DNA from: Candidatus Multivorans sp.
Lineage (GTDB): Bacteria > Acidobacteriota > Thermoanaerobaculia > Multivoradales > Multivoraceae
Assembly (NCBI GenBank): GCA_965224025.1
Contig: OZ245033.1
Coordinates: forward strand, 3,040,001 to 3,104,000
Direction of reading: 5' to 3'
DNA: 64,000 nt
Part shown: in pieces, positions 28,739-39,099 of the stretch
How the letters are laid out: each line of letters opens with the position of its first letter
How positions within the stretch are numbered: position 1 is the stretch's first letter
The notes under the pieces: generated by a model
What the model saw: the letters and a program-made list of their open reading frames with translations, nothing else
What the model was told of the DNA's origin: nothing
The model's database searches: none
Made by a program: the position numbers and the translations under genes

Positions 28739-29239
28739 TCAGTCGTTCGAGGTCTCGTCTGGCGAACTTTGGCTGAGCTCGGCCAGTGTCGTGGACGCGA
28801 TCAGCCACTGCATTTCGAGGCCGGCGGTGCGATGGACCGAGAACTCGGTGACGCGCGGATCGCCTGCGATGCGCAGGAACTCCGCGCGCGACGGGTACTC
28901 GACCAGGGCGATCGAGTCGAAGCGTTCCTCCGTGTCTCCGATCACCATCGAGTCGACCCGGCCCGACCAGATCAGGCGGGCGCCCTGGGAGGTGATCCAC
29001 TGGATCATCTGGGCGCCGTAGCGCTGGTAGGCCTCGGCCCCGCTCAAGCCCTCGTCGGGCGCGTCGGCCTTGTCCTTGAAGCGCAGCAGGTTGACCATGA
29101 CGACCGGGCCCTCGGCGGGTCCCTTCAGGAGTTCTTCGATCTGTTCGGGCTCGGGTGCGATCTGGGCCATGGCGCCTCCGGCGGCCAGCACGGCCACGGT
29201 GAAGAAGATGAATGTGGCGGCGAAAAGGGGTCGGGGCAT
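28739..29239 (-). CDS. DUF1330 domain-containing protein
   Basis: GPVVMVNLLRF, SGAEAY..Y, LVEYPS and HRTAGLE. Confidence 0.85.
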   Translation of the reverse strand: MPRPLFAATFIFFTVAVLAAGGAMAQIAPEPEQIEELLKGPAEGPVVMVNLLRFKDKADAPDEGLSGAEAYQRYGAQMIQWITSQGARLIWSGRVDSMVIGDTEERFDSIALVEYPSRAEFLRIAGDPRVTEFSVHRTAGLEMQWLIASTTLAELSQSSPDETSND

Positions 29240-29263
29240 GACGGGCTCCTTCCTGGTTGGACG

Positions 29264-30526
29264 TCAGGCGGGTCTGGCCGCCATGGGTTGGAACTTCATG
29301 TAGGTAAGCGATCGCCACAGCCACTCGAGCGGTCCGAAGCGGAAGCGGGCGAGCCACCACGGCGACCAGATCAGTTGCAGCACCCAGATGGCAAGGACGA
29401 TGGCTATCTGGCTGAGGCGATCGACCTGCTCGAACAGGCCGAGGCCATGACCGTAGAAGATCAGCGTGCAGATGACGCTCTGCGTGATGTAGTTCGTGAA
29501 CGCCATTCTTCCCGCGGCCTGAAGCCGACGCTGCAGGCCGGGAAGCCAGCCTTTCTGCACCGCGAGCATGACCAGGGCGACGTAGCCGAGGAAGACTCCG
29601 AGCGAGCCGACGTAGTTGAACACCGTGCCCTGGAACATCGAGTGCTCGAAGGCGAAGTCGTGCCGGGTGTTGAAGACCACGCCGAGGATCACGATCGGCA
29701 GGCCGAGCGCGAGTCCGGCGGCCGCCATGCGCCGGTAGAACGCGGACGAGCGCTTCGCCGAGAGCACGCCGAGCTTGAAGAGCCCCATGCCGACCAGCAT
29801 CAGACCGCCGGAACGCCAGAGGAACAGGAGGAGGAAGACGGTGGTCTCCAGGCCAACCGCGGTGGCGCTGCGCTCCGGCATCTGGGTCAGCCAGCCCGAC
29901 TGGTAGGTCGCGATCTCGGCTTCGACCTCGCTCGCGGCCGGCGCCCAACCCACTTCGAGACCGGCCCGTACGTCGGCGGGCATGCTTGGTATCGAGGATG
30001 CGGCCAGCAGGAAGAAGACCGGGGTCACCGCGGTCATGGCGAAGCCGGCGATCACCAGCTTCCTCGGCTTGAGGCCGCGCAGGCTGTAGAGGATGAAGCC
30101 GCACAACGCGTACGGCACCAGGATGTCGCCGTACCAGATCAGGTGGGCGTGCGCGAGGCCGAGGAGCAGCAGCCAGAACTGCCGCCGGTAGTGGACGCCG
30201 GTGGCCGAGGCGCCGCGGGAGGCGGCCCGCTCGGCCATCAGCGCCATGCCGGCGCCGAACAGCATTGAGAAGATCGACATGAACTTCGTGTCGAAGAGGA
30301 CGTGGGTCAGCACCCAGACCGTGAAGCCGGCGCCCGCCAGCTTGTCGTTCGCGGCAGGGTTCAGGTAGGCCGCCGAGACCATCGAGTAGCTCTGCACGTT
30401 CATCGCCAGGATGCCCAGCACGGCGAAGCCGCGCAGGACGTCGATGGCCGCGATCCGTTCGCCGGCCCTGACGGGGGCGGCCTTCGGCGCGGCGGCGGCC
30501 TCGGTGGGCGGATCGGCTGTTGTCAT
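29264..30526 (-). CDS. DUF418 (YeiB-like) membrane protein
   Basis: RIAAIDVLRGFAVLGI, FSMLFG, GDIL, GRMAFTNY and GPLEWLWR. Confidence 0.93.
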   Translation of the reverse strand: MTTADPPTEAAAAPKAAPVRAGERIAAIDVLRGFAVLGILAMNVQSYSMVSAAYLNPAANDKLAGAGFTVWVLTHVLFDTKFMSIFSMLFGAGMALMAERAASRGASATGVHYRRQFWLLLLGLAHAHLIWYGDILVPYALCGFILYSLRGLKPRKLVIAGFAMTAVTPVFFLLAASSIPSMPADVRAGLEVGWAPAASEVEAEIATYQSGWLTQMPERSATAVGLETTVFLLLFLWRSGGLMLVGMGLFKLGVLSAKRSSAFYRRMAAAGLALGLPIVILGVVFNTRHDFAFEHSMFQGTVFNYVGSLGVFLGYVALVMLAVQKGWLPGLQRRLQAAGRMAFTNYITQSVICTLIFYGHGLGLFEQVDRLSQIAIVLAIWVLQLIWSPWWLARFRFGPLEWLWRSLTYMKFQPMAARPA

Positions 30527-30533
30527 GGCGGCG

Positions 30534-31442
30534 TCAGTCGGCGAGGAAGGCCCGGGTCACGGCCACGAACTCGTCGAGCTGGTCGTGGTGGACCCAGTGG
30601 CCGGCGCCTTCGAAGTTGCGCAGCTCCGCGCTCTGAAACGCCTCGATGCGGCCGTCCTCGACCGGGTCGCTGGCCCAGCTCTCCGTGCCCCGCACCAGCA
30701 GGGTGGGGCAGGTGATCCGGCCCCAGATGGTGCGCAGCTCCTCCTCGTCGTAGCGGTAGGGCGGGAACGAGCGGACGTAGTTGTCGAACTTCCAGGTGTA
30801 GGTGCCGTCCTCGTTGCGCGCCATGCCGTTGACGGTGAGGTGCCGGGCCTGCTCGGGGCTCAGGAAGCTGTTCACCTCCTGCATCCGCTCGGCCGCGGCG
30901 TCGAGTGACGGGTAGCGCCGCGGCTGCCGGCCGGCGAGCTTCTGCATGCTGCCGATCCAGCCCCGCATGCGTTCGTCGACGCCCGCGCTGACCCGGCCGC
31001 TGAGGATTCGGGGAGGCGGCCCCATGCCCTCGATCGCCACCAGCTTGTGGACGTTCTCGGGGTAGAAGCCGGTGTAGTGGAGGGCGATGTTCGCGCCCAG
31101 GGAGTGGGCCACGATGCGCACCGGAAAACGGTCGAGCGCCTCGAGCAGTTGGGCTACATCGAGCACGAAGTCGGTGATCGCGTACATGCCGCCGATCGCC
31201 CACTCGCTGTCGCCGTGGCCGCGCAGGTCCGGGGCCACGATGTGGTAGTCGCCGCGGAGCGCGTTGGCCACCCAGTCCCAGTTGTGCGCGTGGTCCCGGC
31301 CGCCGTGAATCAGCACCAGGGGCGGCTTGTCCTCGTTGCCCCAACTCAGGTAGTGGAGCCGGAGGCGCTGCGAGATGTAGAACTGCGACGACGGGCCGAC
31401 GATGTCCCTGAAGGGACTGTCGCTGAAGGCGGTGTTCATCAC
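30534..31442 (-). CDS. Alpha/beta hydrolase
   Basis: LIHGG, PDLRGHGDS, AHSLG nucleophile elbow and AGHWVH. Confidence 0.93.
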   Translation of the reverse strand: MMNTAFSDSPFRDIVGPSSQFYISQRLRLHYLSWGNEDKPPLVLIHGGRDHAHNWDWVANALRGDYHIVAPDLRGHGDSEWAIGGMYAITDFVLDVAQLLEALDRFPVRIVAHSLGANIALHYTGFYPENVHKLVAIEGMGPPPRILSGRVSAGVDERMRGWIGSMQKLAGRQPRRYPSLDAAAERMQEVNSFLSPEQARHLTVNGMARNEDGTYTWKFDNYVRSFPPYRYDEEELRTIWGRITCPTLLVRGTESWASDPVEDGRIEAFQSAELRNFEGAGHWVHHDQLDEFVAVTRAFLAD

Positions 31443-31467
31443 TTGGTTGCGGCTGTGCCGACCGCGG

Positions 31468-32076
31468 TCATTGCTGGTCCGGACGGGGCGGATTGATCAT
31501 TACGTGGGCCCCCGCGGTACCCGGCGCCATGAGCCACGGCGCGCCCGGCACGGGACGAGTCGTGAGCCCGGTCGATTCAGCGGTCGCGTACGGCGTGTAG
31601 ATCACCCAGCGCAGGTAGGCGTCCGTGACTTTGCCGGCTTCGGCGTCGAAGCCGCTGCCGTGCAGGACGTACAGGGTGCGCGGCTCGCGCGGCATCGCCA
31701 GCTTGCCCTCCGCGATCTCCTTCTCGCGCATCGCGATGCGCTCCTCGCCGGTGATGCCCTGGGCCAGCAGCTCGCGGCCGCGGGCCATGAACGGCTCGAG
31801 CGACTCGTGGTAGCAGGCGACGCTCCATTGAGGAGTGCCCGGTCTGGCGGCCAGACAGACGAGGTCATTGCTGCCGGCGCGCAACTCAACGACCTTGCCG
31901 TCTTCGTTCCAACCGAGGACCCGCGCGCCGTCCCGGCGATCGTCGGGCGCGGCCTGGATTGCGGCGGCAAGCTGGGCTGCGGCGTCGACCGGCTCCGAAG
32001 CCGCGGATGGGGCCGCGAGTCCGGCGAGTGCGAGAGCGCCGATCGTTGCTGCGAGAGTCGTCTTCCTGTTGTGCAC
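31468..32076 (-). CDS. Secreted hypothetical protein
   Basis: Signal peptide; GGAGG RBS; coding-like composition; ends PWLM.PGT..AHVM. Confidence 0.75.
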   Translation of the reverse strand: MHNRKTTLAATIGALALAGLAAPSAASEPVDAAAQLAAAIQAAPDDRRDGARVLGWNEDGKVVELRAGSNDLVCLAARPGTPQWSVACYHESLEPFMARGRELLAQGITGEERIAMREKEIAEGKLAMPREPRTLYVLHGSGFDAEAGKVTDAYLRWVIYTPYATAESTGLTTRPVPGAPWLMAPGTAGAHVMINPPRPDQQ

Positions 32077-32148
32077 CGCGTCCTCCTGTTGCGCCCTCCG
32101 TGTGTCGGCAGGGCGAACGACAGCGTATCGCGGCCGACCCTTCCGGCT

Positions 32149-33996
32149 CTAGGATTTGGCCACGGCGCTTCGCCGGCGTGTTGGTCTGAGCCGTTGGAGC
32201 AAGCGAAGCGTCCTCTGGACATCTGGCGGTACGGTGTTCATGTGGTGGATCACCTCTTCCTGAGCTAGGTGAAAGGGGAACTCCTCTTGCTGCAACCAAC
32301 CTTGAAGGCCGCTCAGCACCTTCTTGGCGTCCGACCAGTGTGCCAAGTTCGCGTCCTCAAGTGGGACCTCCTCCTGAGCTTGGTCCATAGCAGTCGTCAG
32401 GCTCAGTCGAGGGTCTTCTTGTTGGATTCTCTCGGCCACCCTTACCCAGATGCGTTCCCGCTGATCTCCCAGTCGGCGCTCCCATTCGCGAATAAAGCGT
32501 CATCGCACCCTGCGCCACGCCGTTTTCTTGGCCGTTGCGGCGGCGTTTGAATCGAGCGCGCGCAGAATGGCCTCTAGATCCAAGAGGTAATTCTCGACTT
32601 CATTCTCCTCCCAAAGGACGAGTCTAAAGTCGAGCTTGTACGCTTCGCTTTTGGCGGTGGCGTTCCGGTCTCGTAGTGCTCTCAGGCGCGTCTTGTCGGT
32701 ACGGTAGTCACGATCTCCGATTGCCAAGAACCTCGTAGTGACCGCACTCTCGAGTCCAGGGCTAGTAACGATATCTCGGACTTGAGGCGCCAGATCGAGT
32801 ACGCGGGCCTCTATGGGCCCTTGGTACGTGTACAGAAATGTCAGGTGGCGCCAGATCGCCTGCTGCTTCTTCGCTCCCCAGTGCTTTCGAGCAAAGGCCT
32901 CCAGGAGCTTGCGGTCGCTCTTGTTCTCCACGAAGACCACGACACGGTTCACCAGCAATGGCACCAGTTCCATCTGGTCCATGGCACCCAGATCGCCCAA
33001 TAGGAGGAGCTGGTCTGGTTGGACGGTGAAAGGAACGGCCTGACCGGCCATGCAAACGCGAATGGAGCCCGACGGTGCTGCGTTCAGGAGTTGAGGGGAG
33101 TGCGTAGCAAGCACGAACTGCTCGCCTTCTTCACGAGCCAGGCGCTCCAAGATGGCCATTAGCTGGCCTTGTAGGCGAGCGTGTAGGTGTGCGTCCGGTT
33201 CATCGAGAAGGAACATCGCCGCGCCGGGTGTCAGTACGGATGCCAGAATCTGAAGGGCTTGGTGGAATCCAGAGCCGGACGTGATGACGTCTCGCCTGCG
33301 TCGTAGAGCTTGGTCCTTGTAGGTGGCCTTCAGAAAACGGTCAATGTCGAGATTGAAGTCCACATCGACGGTGCTCTCTGGAAACAGCTCGGCCAATAGC
33401 TCTTGGAGCTTTCGCCAGCGCAGCGGCTCGTCTTGCTGTAGATGCCAGAGTTGATTCCGAATCGTCTCGCCGTGCCGCTGTAGGCGCAACCTGTCCTGCC
33501 GTGCAGGCGGCGTCAGGTACTCCTCCTGAGGCAAGAAGCCCGCGAAGATGGGAATCAGGCGAATCTCTCGGCGGTGTACTGCTTCTTGCCACGGGCCCTT
33601 TGCGCTTGGTTGGATGCTGAAGCGGTTGTAGCTGATCCGGATCTGAAACTCGATCTCGGAGCCGTTGGTGAACGCGGCCTTTAGTGAGATGGGTCTCGGT
33701 TTGGATTTGCGGGTGATCAGCCCGTCGGGCCAGAGGTCGCCGGGATGAGCGGCGGGAACGACGCCGAACTCCTCGAAGCCGGTCGTTCGGCTGGCCAGCA
33801 CCAAATCGTCGGCTCGACGGCCATTCCCGTTGTACTTCCGTGTGATCTCGATGCAGTACTGGAAGAGGGTCAGGGCTTGAAGGATCGTCGACTTCCCGCT
33901 GTTGTTCGCGCCGACCAACAGCGTGATGTCCTCAAGGTCGACGCTTGTCGCGTCGCGGAAGCGTTTGAAGCCCTTGATCGTGAATTGGCGGAGCAT
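32149..33996 (-). pseudogene. ABC-type ATPase + TOPRIM (OLD-like) nuclease, C-terminus disrupted near 32440-32500
   Basis: GANNSGKS, SGSG, LLDEPDAHLH, ATHSP, FVE..SD, GDRD and ENY; the tail VAERIQ..DAKKVL is in another frame; lower GC. Confidence 0.75.
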
Positions 33997-34303
33997 CGTC
34001 GGTCTGTCCTGAAGTCTCGGGAGAAAGGAGGCTCAGTCGGCGGTTGAGGGCCTCTTGGCGAACTTGGCCGTCGAAGGAGGAGGCCAGCGGCCGACCACCG
34101 TTGCGGCTCGTTGGGGAATCCTATGGCAACGGCGTGTCGGCAACAGTGTCGGTATCGGCTTTCCGGTCTTGGGATCGCGTTGCCGTTCACGCTCCGTGGG
34201 GATTTGGTCGGCTGTTGGGCGGCGCGCGCCCCAAAGAGGGAGGACCCGGTCGGCTATTCTGCCGTCCCCGTTCCGACCAGGTCTCACCGAGGGAGCATCG
34301 CCC

Positions 34304-35038
34304 ATGATCGATCTGCACTACTGGCCGACGCCGAACGGCAAGAAGGTCACCATCCTGCTCGAGGAGTGCGGGCTCCCGTACCGCATCGTGCCCTGCCGGA
34401 TCGGCTTCGGCGATCAGTTCAAGGAAGAGTTCCTGGCCATCTCGCCGAACAACCGGATGCCGGCGATGGTCGACCATGAGCCGGCGGACGGCGGCGAGCC
34501 CATCGCGCTGTTCGAGTCCGGCGCGATCATGATCTACATCGCCGAGAAGGCCGGGCAGTTCTACCCCCAGGAGCTGCGCGCGCGCCACGAGGTGAACCAG
34601 TGGCTCATCTGGCAGATGGCGAACCAGGGGCCGAAGTCTGGCGAGTGCGGTCATTTCCGTCGCCTGCGCGACACGGAGGGCGACCAGAGCTACGCCGTGC
34701 GCCGCTTCACCGACGAAGTGAACCGGCTCTACGGGGTGATGAACAACCGCCTCTACGACCGGCGGTATCTGATCGGCGACGAGTACACGATCGCCGACAT
34801 GATCTGCTACCCGTGGACGGTTCGCTGGGAGGACCAGCGGCAGGACATCGAGGAGTTTCCGTACTTCAAGCGCTGGTTCGAGGAACTCGGCGCCCGTCCG
34901 GCGGTTCAGCGCGGCATGGACGTCTCGAGCGGCGAAGCGATCGACTACAAGAACCTCTCCGACGAGGAACGCGCACGCCTGAAGAAACTGCTCTACAACC
35001 AGCGCGCCCGGCCGGCGCCGGAGGGTGGCCTGCTGTAG
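34304..35038 (+). CDS. Glutathione S-transferase (YfcG/YghU-like nu class)
   Basis: MIDLHYWPTPNG, SPNNRMP, FESGAI and YTIAD. Confidence 0.95.
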   Translation: MIDLHYWPTPNGKKVTILLEECGLPYRIVPCRIGFGDQFKEEFLAISPNNRMPAMVDHEPADGGEPIALFESGAIMIYIAEKAGQFYPQELRARHEVNQWLIWQMANQGPKSGECGHFRRLRDTEGDQSYAVRRFTDEVNRLYGVMNNRLYDRRYLIGDEYTIADMICYPWTVRWEDQRQDIEEFPYFKRWFEELGARPAVQRGMDVSSGEAIDYKNLSDEERARLKKLLYNQRARPAPEGGLL

Positions 35039-35069
35039 CGCTGGAGCGGCGGACGCACCCGCCCGTCTT

Positions 35070-35230
35070 GGGGCAGGAGGGGTCGGCTCCCAGGTGACGT
35101 TCGCGCTTGAGAGGAGATGGGAGGGGATGGCGCTCACTCCGCCTCACCCGCTCCGGTTTGGCGTCGGTAAGTGCGGTGTCGTCGGGCGTCGCTCGTTCAG
35201 AGGCACCTGGGAGCCGACCCCTCCTGCCCC
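35070..35230. repeat. Intact 161-bp palindromic element with 27-bp perfect terminal inverted repeats
   Basis: ggggcaggaggggtcggctcccaggtg (35070-35096) pairs with 35204-35230; lies between convergent genes. Confidence 0.9.
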
Positions 35231-35368
35231 GACTGGGCTGGATGTCGGTGCCGAGCGGGCTGGAGCACAAGGCGAGGCCCCGACCTGTCTGAGGGTGCGC
35301 GGGCCTTGCGGCCCGCATTAGGGCGATGCCTTGAAGGGGCGAGCGCGCGACGCGATCGGCGAAGTCAG

Positions 35369-36316
35369 TCAGCCGTCGGGCAGCTTAGCAACTGCCCTGC
35401 GGAGTTCCGCATACGAGCTATGGCCCGTCATGGGTTCGACGACTCCCTGCCACTGCCGGTTCCAGGCCGCGATGACTTCGGGGGGTACTTCACGGGAGCC
35501 TTCGCCGGACTTGCCCTTGCGGACTTTCGAGGTGGTGCCGGAGTCAGGTAGGCCGCAGGCGGCATTGCGGGCGTCGCGGACCAGATGGTCGTCGAACTTC
35601 GGTCCGTGCTTGCGCATGAAGTCGATCAATGCCTGGCGGGTGGCGACCGCGACGCTCGGGTGGTCCGGCCGGAGGCCGAGGAAGGTGGCTACACGAGCAG
35701 TGGCCGCGGGGAGATCGGCGACGATGTCCTCGAAGCAGAGCCACAGAGTGTCCGGGTCCAGGCGGCGGGGCCACCAGGACACCAGGTGATCCCAGTAGCG
35801 GCCGCTTCGGGAGCCGTGGAGGACGTACTCGAGGGCGAAGTCCTGTATCGACACGCTGCCGGCCTCGAAGACCCAGCCGCTGAAGAAGTGGAAGAAGGAA
35901 ACGAGAGAGTCGGCAGGGTCGCGGGCGACGAATATGTAGCGGCCGCCCTTGGGCGTCGAGTTCCAGTCGAAGTGGGTCTTGAAGGCCCGCGGCGCGGCCC
36001 GCTGCGGGGCGTCCAGGTCGAGGCCGAGGTCGTGGGCAAGCTCGAGCCACGGCACGACCTCCGTGATCTCGTCGAAGTCCATGTCGCCGCCGGTGCGCAG
36101 GCCGTGGACGATCTGCTGCATCAGGGTCGTGCCGGCCTTGGGGTAAGTGGCGATCAGGACGTCTGTCGGCTGCAGTTGGAAGTTGCGCCCCTTCTTGATC
36201 CCTTCCGGCGTCGCGAAGCCGGCCATACGCCGACGGATGCCATCGACCGTGGTCGCCCGGCTCAGGGAGGAGCCGCCATTGGGCGCGCCGGTGGCGCCGC
36301 CGACGTTTCCGCTCAC
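35369..36316 (-). CDS. PAPS-dependent sulfotransferase (Sulfotransfer_1)
   Basis: TYPKAGTT (5'-PSB), KTH, RDPAD..VS (3'-PB) and RKG..G. Confidence 0.93.
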   Translation of the reverse strand: MSGNVGGATGAPNGGSSLSRATTVDGIRRRMAGFATPEGIKKGRNFQLQPTDVLIATYPKAGTTLMQQIVHGLRTGGDMDFDEITEVVPWLELAHDLGLDLDAPQRAAPRAFKTHFDWNSTPKGGRYIFVARDPADSLVSFFHFFSGWVFEAGSVSIQDFALEYVLHGSRSGRYWDHLVSWWPRRLDPDTLWLCFEDIVADLPAATARVATFLGLRPDHPSVAVATRQALIDFMRKHGPKFDDHLVRDARNAACGLPDSGTTSKVRKGKSGEGSREVPPEVIAAWNRQWQGVVEPMTGHSSYAELRRAVAKLPDG

Positions 36317-37122
36317 GACAGCACCTCCGCCGAAAGGTCGACTCCCACCGGGCAGTGGTCGGAACCGGTGACATTCGTCGCGATGAAGGCGCGATCGACG
36401 AAACGCATCGCGGCCGCCGACGCGAGCACCAGGTCGATCCGCCAGCCGACGTTGCGCTCACGGGCATGGAACGCTTGCTTCCACCAGCTATAGCGCACCG
36501 TGTCGGGGTGCAGGGTCCGGAAGGTGTCGATCCAGCCGGCGTCGAGCCAGCGCTGGAGTTCCTCGCACTCCTCGGGCAGGAAGCCCGAGTTCTTCCTGTT
36601 CTGTTTGGGCCGCGCCAGATCGATCGGCTGCGGCGCGGTGTTGAAGTCGCCCATGACGAGGACGCGGTAGCCGGCCTCACGCGCTTGGTCGACCTGCTCG
36701 AACAGGGCGCGGTAGAAGTCCAGTTTGTAGGGCACGCGGCTGTTGTCGCGCTTGCTGCCGCTGCCCTTGGGGAAGTAGACGTTGGCGACCAGAAGCTTGC
36801 CGAAGAGCGCCAGTTGAAGACGGCCCTCGGCGTCGAAGCGGTGCTCGCCGAGGGAAGTGCGCACCCAGGTGGGCCGGATGCGCGCGTAGAGGCCGACGCC
36901 GGAGTAGCCGGGGCGCTCGGCGCTCGAGAAGCTTGTGTGCCAGCGGCTTGGCTTTCGCAGCTCCGGCAGCAGTTGTTCTGCGCGGGCCTTGGTCTCCTGC
37001 AGGCCGACGATCTGCGCCCGGCTGGTCCCGAGCCAGTCGAGGAACCCCTTGCGCCCGCGGGCGCGCAGGCCGTTCACGTTCCAGGAGACGACGCGGATGC
37101 GGCGCCGCGGGCGGGGACTCAG
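36313..37122 (-). CDS. xth: Exodeoxyribonuclease III
   Basis: SWNVNGLRA, LQETK, GYSGV, GDFN, GWRID and SDHCP; start is probably CTG. Confidence 0.93.
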   Translation of the reverse strand: MSPRPRRRIRVVSWNVNGLRARGRKGFLDWLGTSRAQIVGLQETKARAEQLLPELRKPSRWHTSFSSAERPGYSGVGLYARIRPTWVRTSLGEHRFDAEGRLQLALFGKLLVANVYFPKGSGSKRDNSRVPYKLDFYRALFEQVDQAREAGYRVLVMGDFNTAPQPIDLARPKQNRKNSGFLPEECEELQRWLDAGWIDTFRTLHPDTVRYSWWKQAFHARERNVGWRIDLVLASAAAMRFVDRAFIATNVTGSDHCPVGVDLSAEVLS

Positions 37123-37760
37123 ATGCCGCTCCGGTCCGGCGGGTCGACGTCGTACGACATGATCATCATGTCGCGCGTGCGTCCGGAGCGGTCGATCACC
37201 CAGTCCGTGAGCAGGGCCTCGGGCGAGAAGCCGAGCCGCTCGAAGAGTCGGCGGGCGCCGATCTGCTCGCGCGTCATCTGCGCCACGAGCTTGAGCAGGC
37301 CCATGTCGTGCGCCGTGTCGAAAACGCGCTGCGTCAGGATGCGGCCGAGGCCGGAGCGGCGGTGGCCTTCCGCGATGATCACGCGGATCTCGCCCAGGTG
37401 GCTCATCCACTGCAAGCCGCGCAGGTTGAGGCTGCCGTAGCCCACCAACTCGTTCTCGTAGTAGGCGAGGGTCGTGAACCGGCTGCCGGTGTCGGCGTCG
37501 CGGATCCAGCCCTCGACAACGTCCGGATCGGTGAGGTCGGAGCGCAGGAACTGCAGGTCGATCTCGGGCAGGGCGCGGGCGAGGCTCACGATGTCGTCGC
37601 GGTCTTCGGGACGCAGGCGGCGTAACTCGTAGTCGCGGTCGCTGCATTGGACCCGCTCGACGGTGCTTCCGTCTTCGACCCCCGGTGCCGGAACGTCGGC
37701 GCCGGGACCGGTTCCCGGTTGCAGGACGGCGGCAGTCAGGGCACTGCGGAGTACGGACAT
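37119..37760 (-). CDS. GNAT-family N-acetyltransferase
   Basis: HRRSGLG motif A and FERLGF..E; start uncertain. Confidence 0.85.
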   Translation of the reverse strand: MSVLRSALTAAVLQPGTGPGADVPAPGVEDGSTVERVQCSDRDYELRRLRPEDRDDIVSLARALPEIDLQFLRSDLTDPDVVEGWIRDADTGSRFTTLAYYENELVGYGSLNLRGLQWMSHLGEIRVIIAEGHRRSGLGRILTQRVFDTAHDMGLLKLVAQMTREQIGARRLFERLGFSPEALLTDWVIDRSGRTRDMMIMSYDVDPPDRSGI

Positions 37761-37987
37761 GTGCGAAGCGACCAGGTCGGCCGCCGGATGCTCGGTGCGT
37801 GCCCGCTCGGCCGGCCGACCCGGGTGGCGCGAGCCGCGCCACCCGTGAACCAGTCCGTGCGCCCGTCATCGGGCGCACGGATGGAACCTGCCAACGCTAG
37901 CAGCATGCAACCTTCCGGACCACGCCCGCGCATTGCAGCATCCCGGTCGGGTATCGTCGCGCGAACCAGACCGAAGGAGAAAGCGAG

Positions 37988-39058
37988 ATGGCTCCGATAC
38001 CGAAGGGCGGCACGGTCGCGGTCACGGGAAGCGCCGGGTTCGTCGGCGGTTGGGTGGTCCGCCTGCTGCTGGACAAGGGCTATCGCGTGCGCGCCTGCGT
38101 GCGGGACGCGAACGACTCGGAGAAAACGACCTTCCTGCGCGGGATGCCCGGGTACGCCTCGGGCCGGCTGACGATCCACTCGGCGAACCTGGACGAGGCG
38201 GGCTGCTTCAACGACATCTTCGCCGGTTGCCACGGCGTGGCACACGTCACGCACGTCAGCGACTACAACGACTTCGACTACGTCAAGAATGTGTGCGACC
38301 ACATCATCGCGAGCATCGAGAAGTCGGGATCGGTGACGCGGGTCGTCGTGACTTCGAGCATCGCGGCCGTCATCATGGAGGCCGACATCTACGAGTTCGT
38401 CCGGCGGCCGGTTCTGTACGAGGACCGCTATCCGGACGAGGCGAACCCGAAGCGCACCTCGGAGCGCGGCCACGGATACTCGATGAGCAAGCTCTACGCT
38501 CAAGGAGCCTTCACGGAAGCGGCGGAGAAGAGCGGTCGCTGGGACGCGATCACCTGCTGCCCTGGCGACAACGTGGGACCGATCCTGTCGGCGCACCAGA
38601 AGGACAAGGGTCCCTGGCAGCACAACATCGAGTTGATGCTGCTTGGCGAGTGCACGCAGACCCAGGCCTACCGGCCGTGGATGACCGTGGACGTGCGCGA
38701 CGACGCGGAGAGCCACATCCGGCTGCTCGAGAGCATCAACGTCAGGAACGGGGAACGCTTCATTGCCTGGTCGGCGGACGCGGTGCCGGTGGAGGAGATC
38801 AACGCCGGGATCGACCGCCTGCTGCCGGAACTCCGCCATGACACGCCGGAGGTTACGGACCCCCATCCCGAGCACGTGCAGAAGCGGGAAGACGAGTTGC
38901 GCGGGATCTGGGCCGGCTGCGAACTGCGCAACGACCGGATGCGGGCGGCGACGGGAATCACGTTCCGGCCCTTCGACGAGTCGCTGCGCGACTGCGTCGA
39001 GTCGCTGCTGGCGGTGGCCAAGGTGGAGCCGAAGCGGCGGCCGGAGACGGACGTCTGA
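37988..39058 (+). CDS. NAD-dependent epimerase/dehydratase (DFR/aldehyde-reductase-like extended SDR)
   Basis: VTGSAGFVG, TSSIAA, YSMSK and VDVRD. Confidence 0.92.
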   Translation: MAPIPKGGTVAVTGSAGFVGGWVVRLLLDKGYRVRACVRDANDSEKTTFLRGMPGYASGRLTIHSANLDEAGCFNDIFAGCHGVAHVTHVSDYNDFDYVKNVCDHIIASIEKSGSVTRVVVTSSIAAVIMEADIYEFVRRPVLYEDRYPDEANPKRTSERGHGYSMSKLYAQGAFTEAAEKSGRWDAITCCPGDNVGPILSAHQKDKGPWQHNIELMLLGECTQTQAYRPWMTVDVRDDAESHIRLLESINVRNGERFIAWSADAVPVEEINAGIDRLLPELRHDTPEVTDPHPEHVQKREDELRGIWAGCELRNDRMRAATGITFRPFDESLRDCVESLLAVAKVEPKRRPETDV

Positions 39059-39099
39059 GGCGGACGGCGTCGGGCTGGACCGCGTCGGGTTGTCGGGCG

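Noticed and set aside
35245-35360. Second hairpin-rich segment (gcgggccttgcggcccgc) as a possible ncRNA
   Set aside because: Single copy in the window with no recognisable family; probably another REP-like repeat or terminator.
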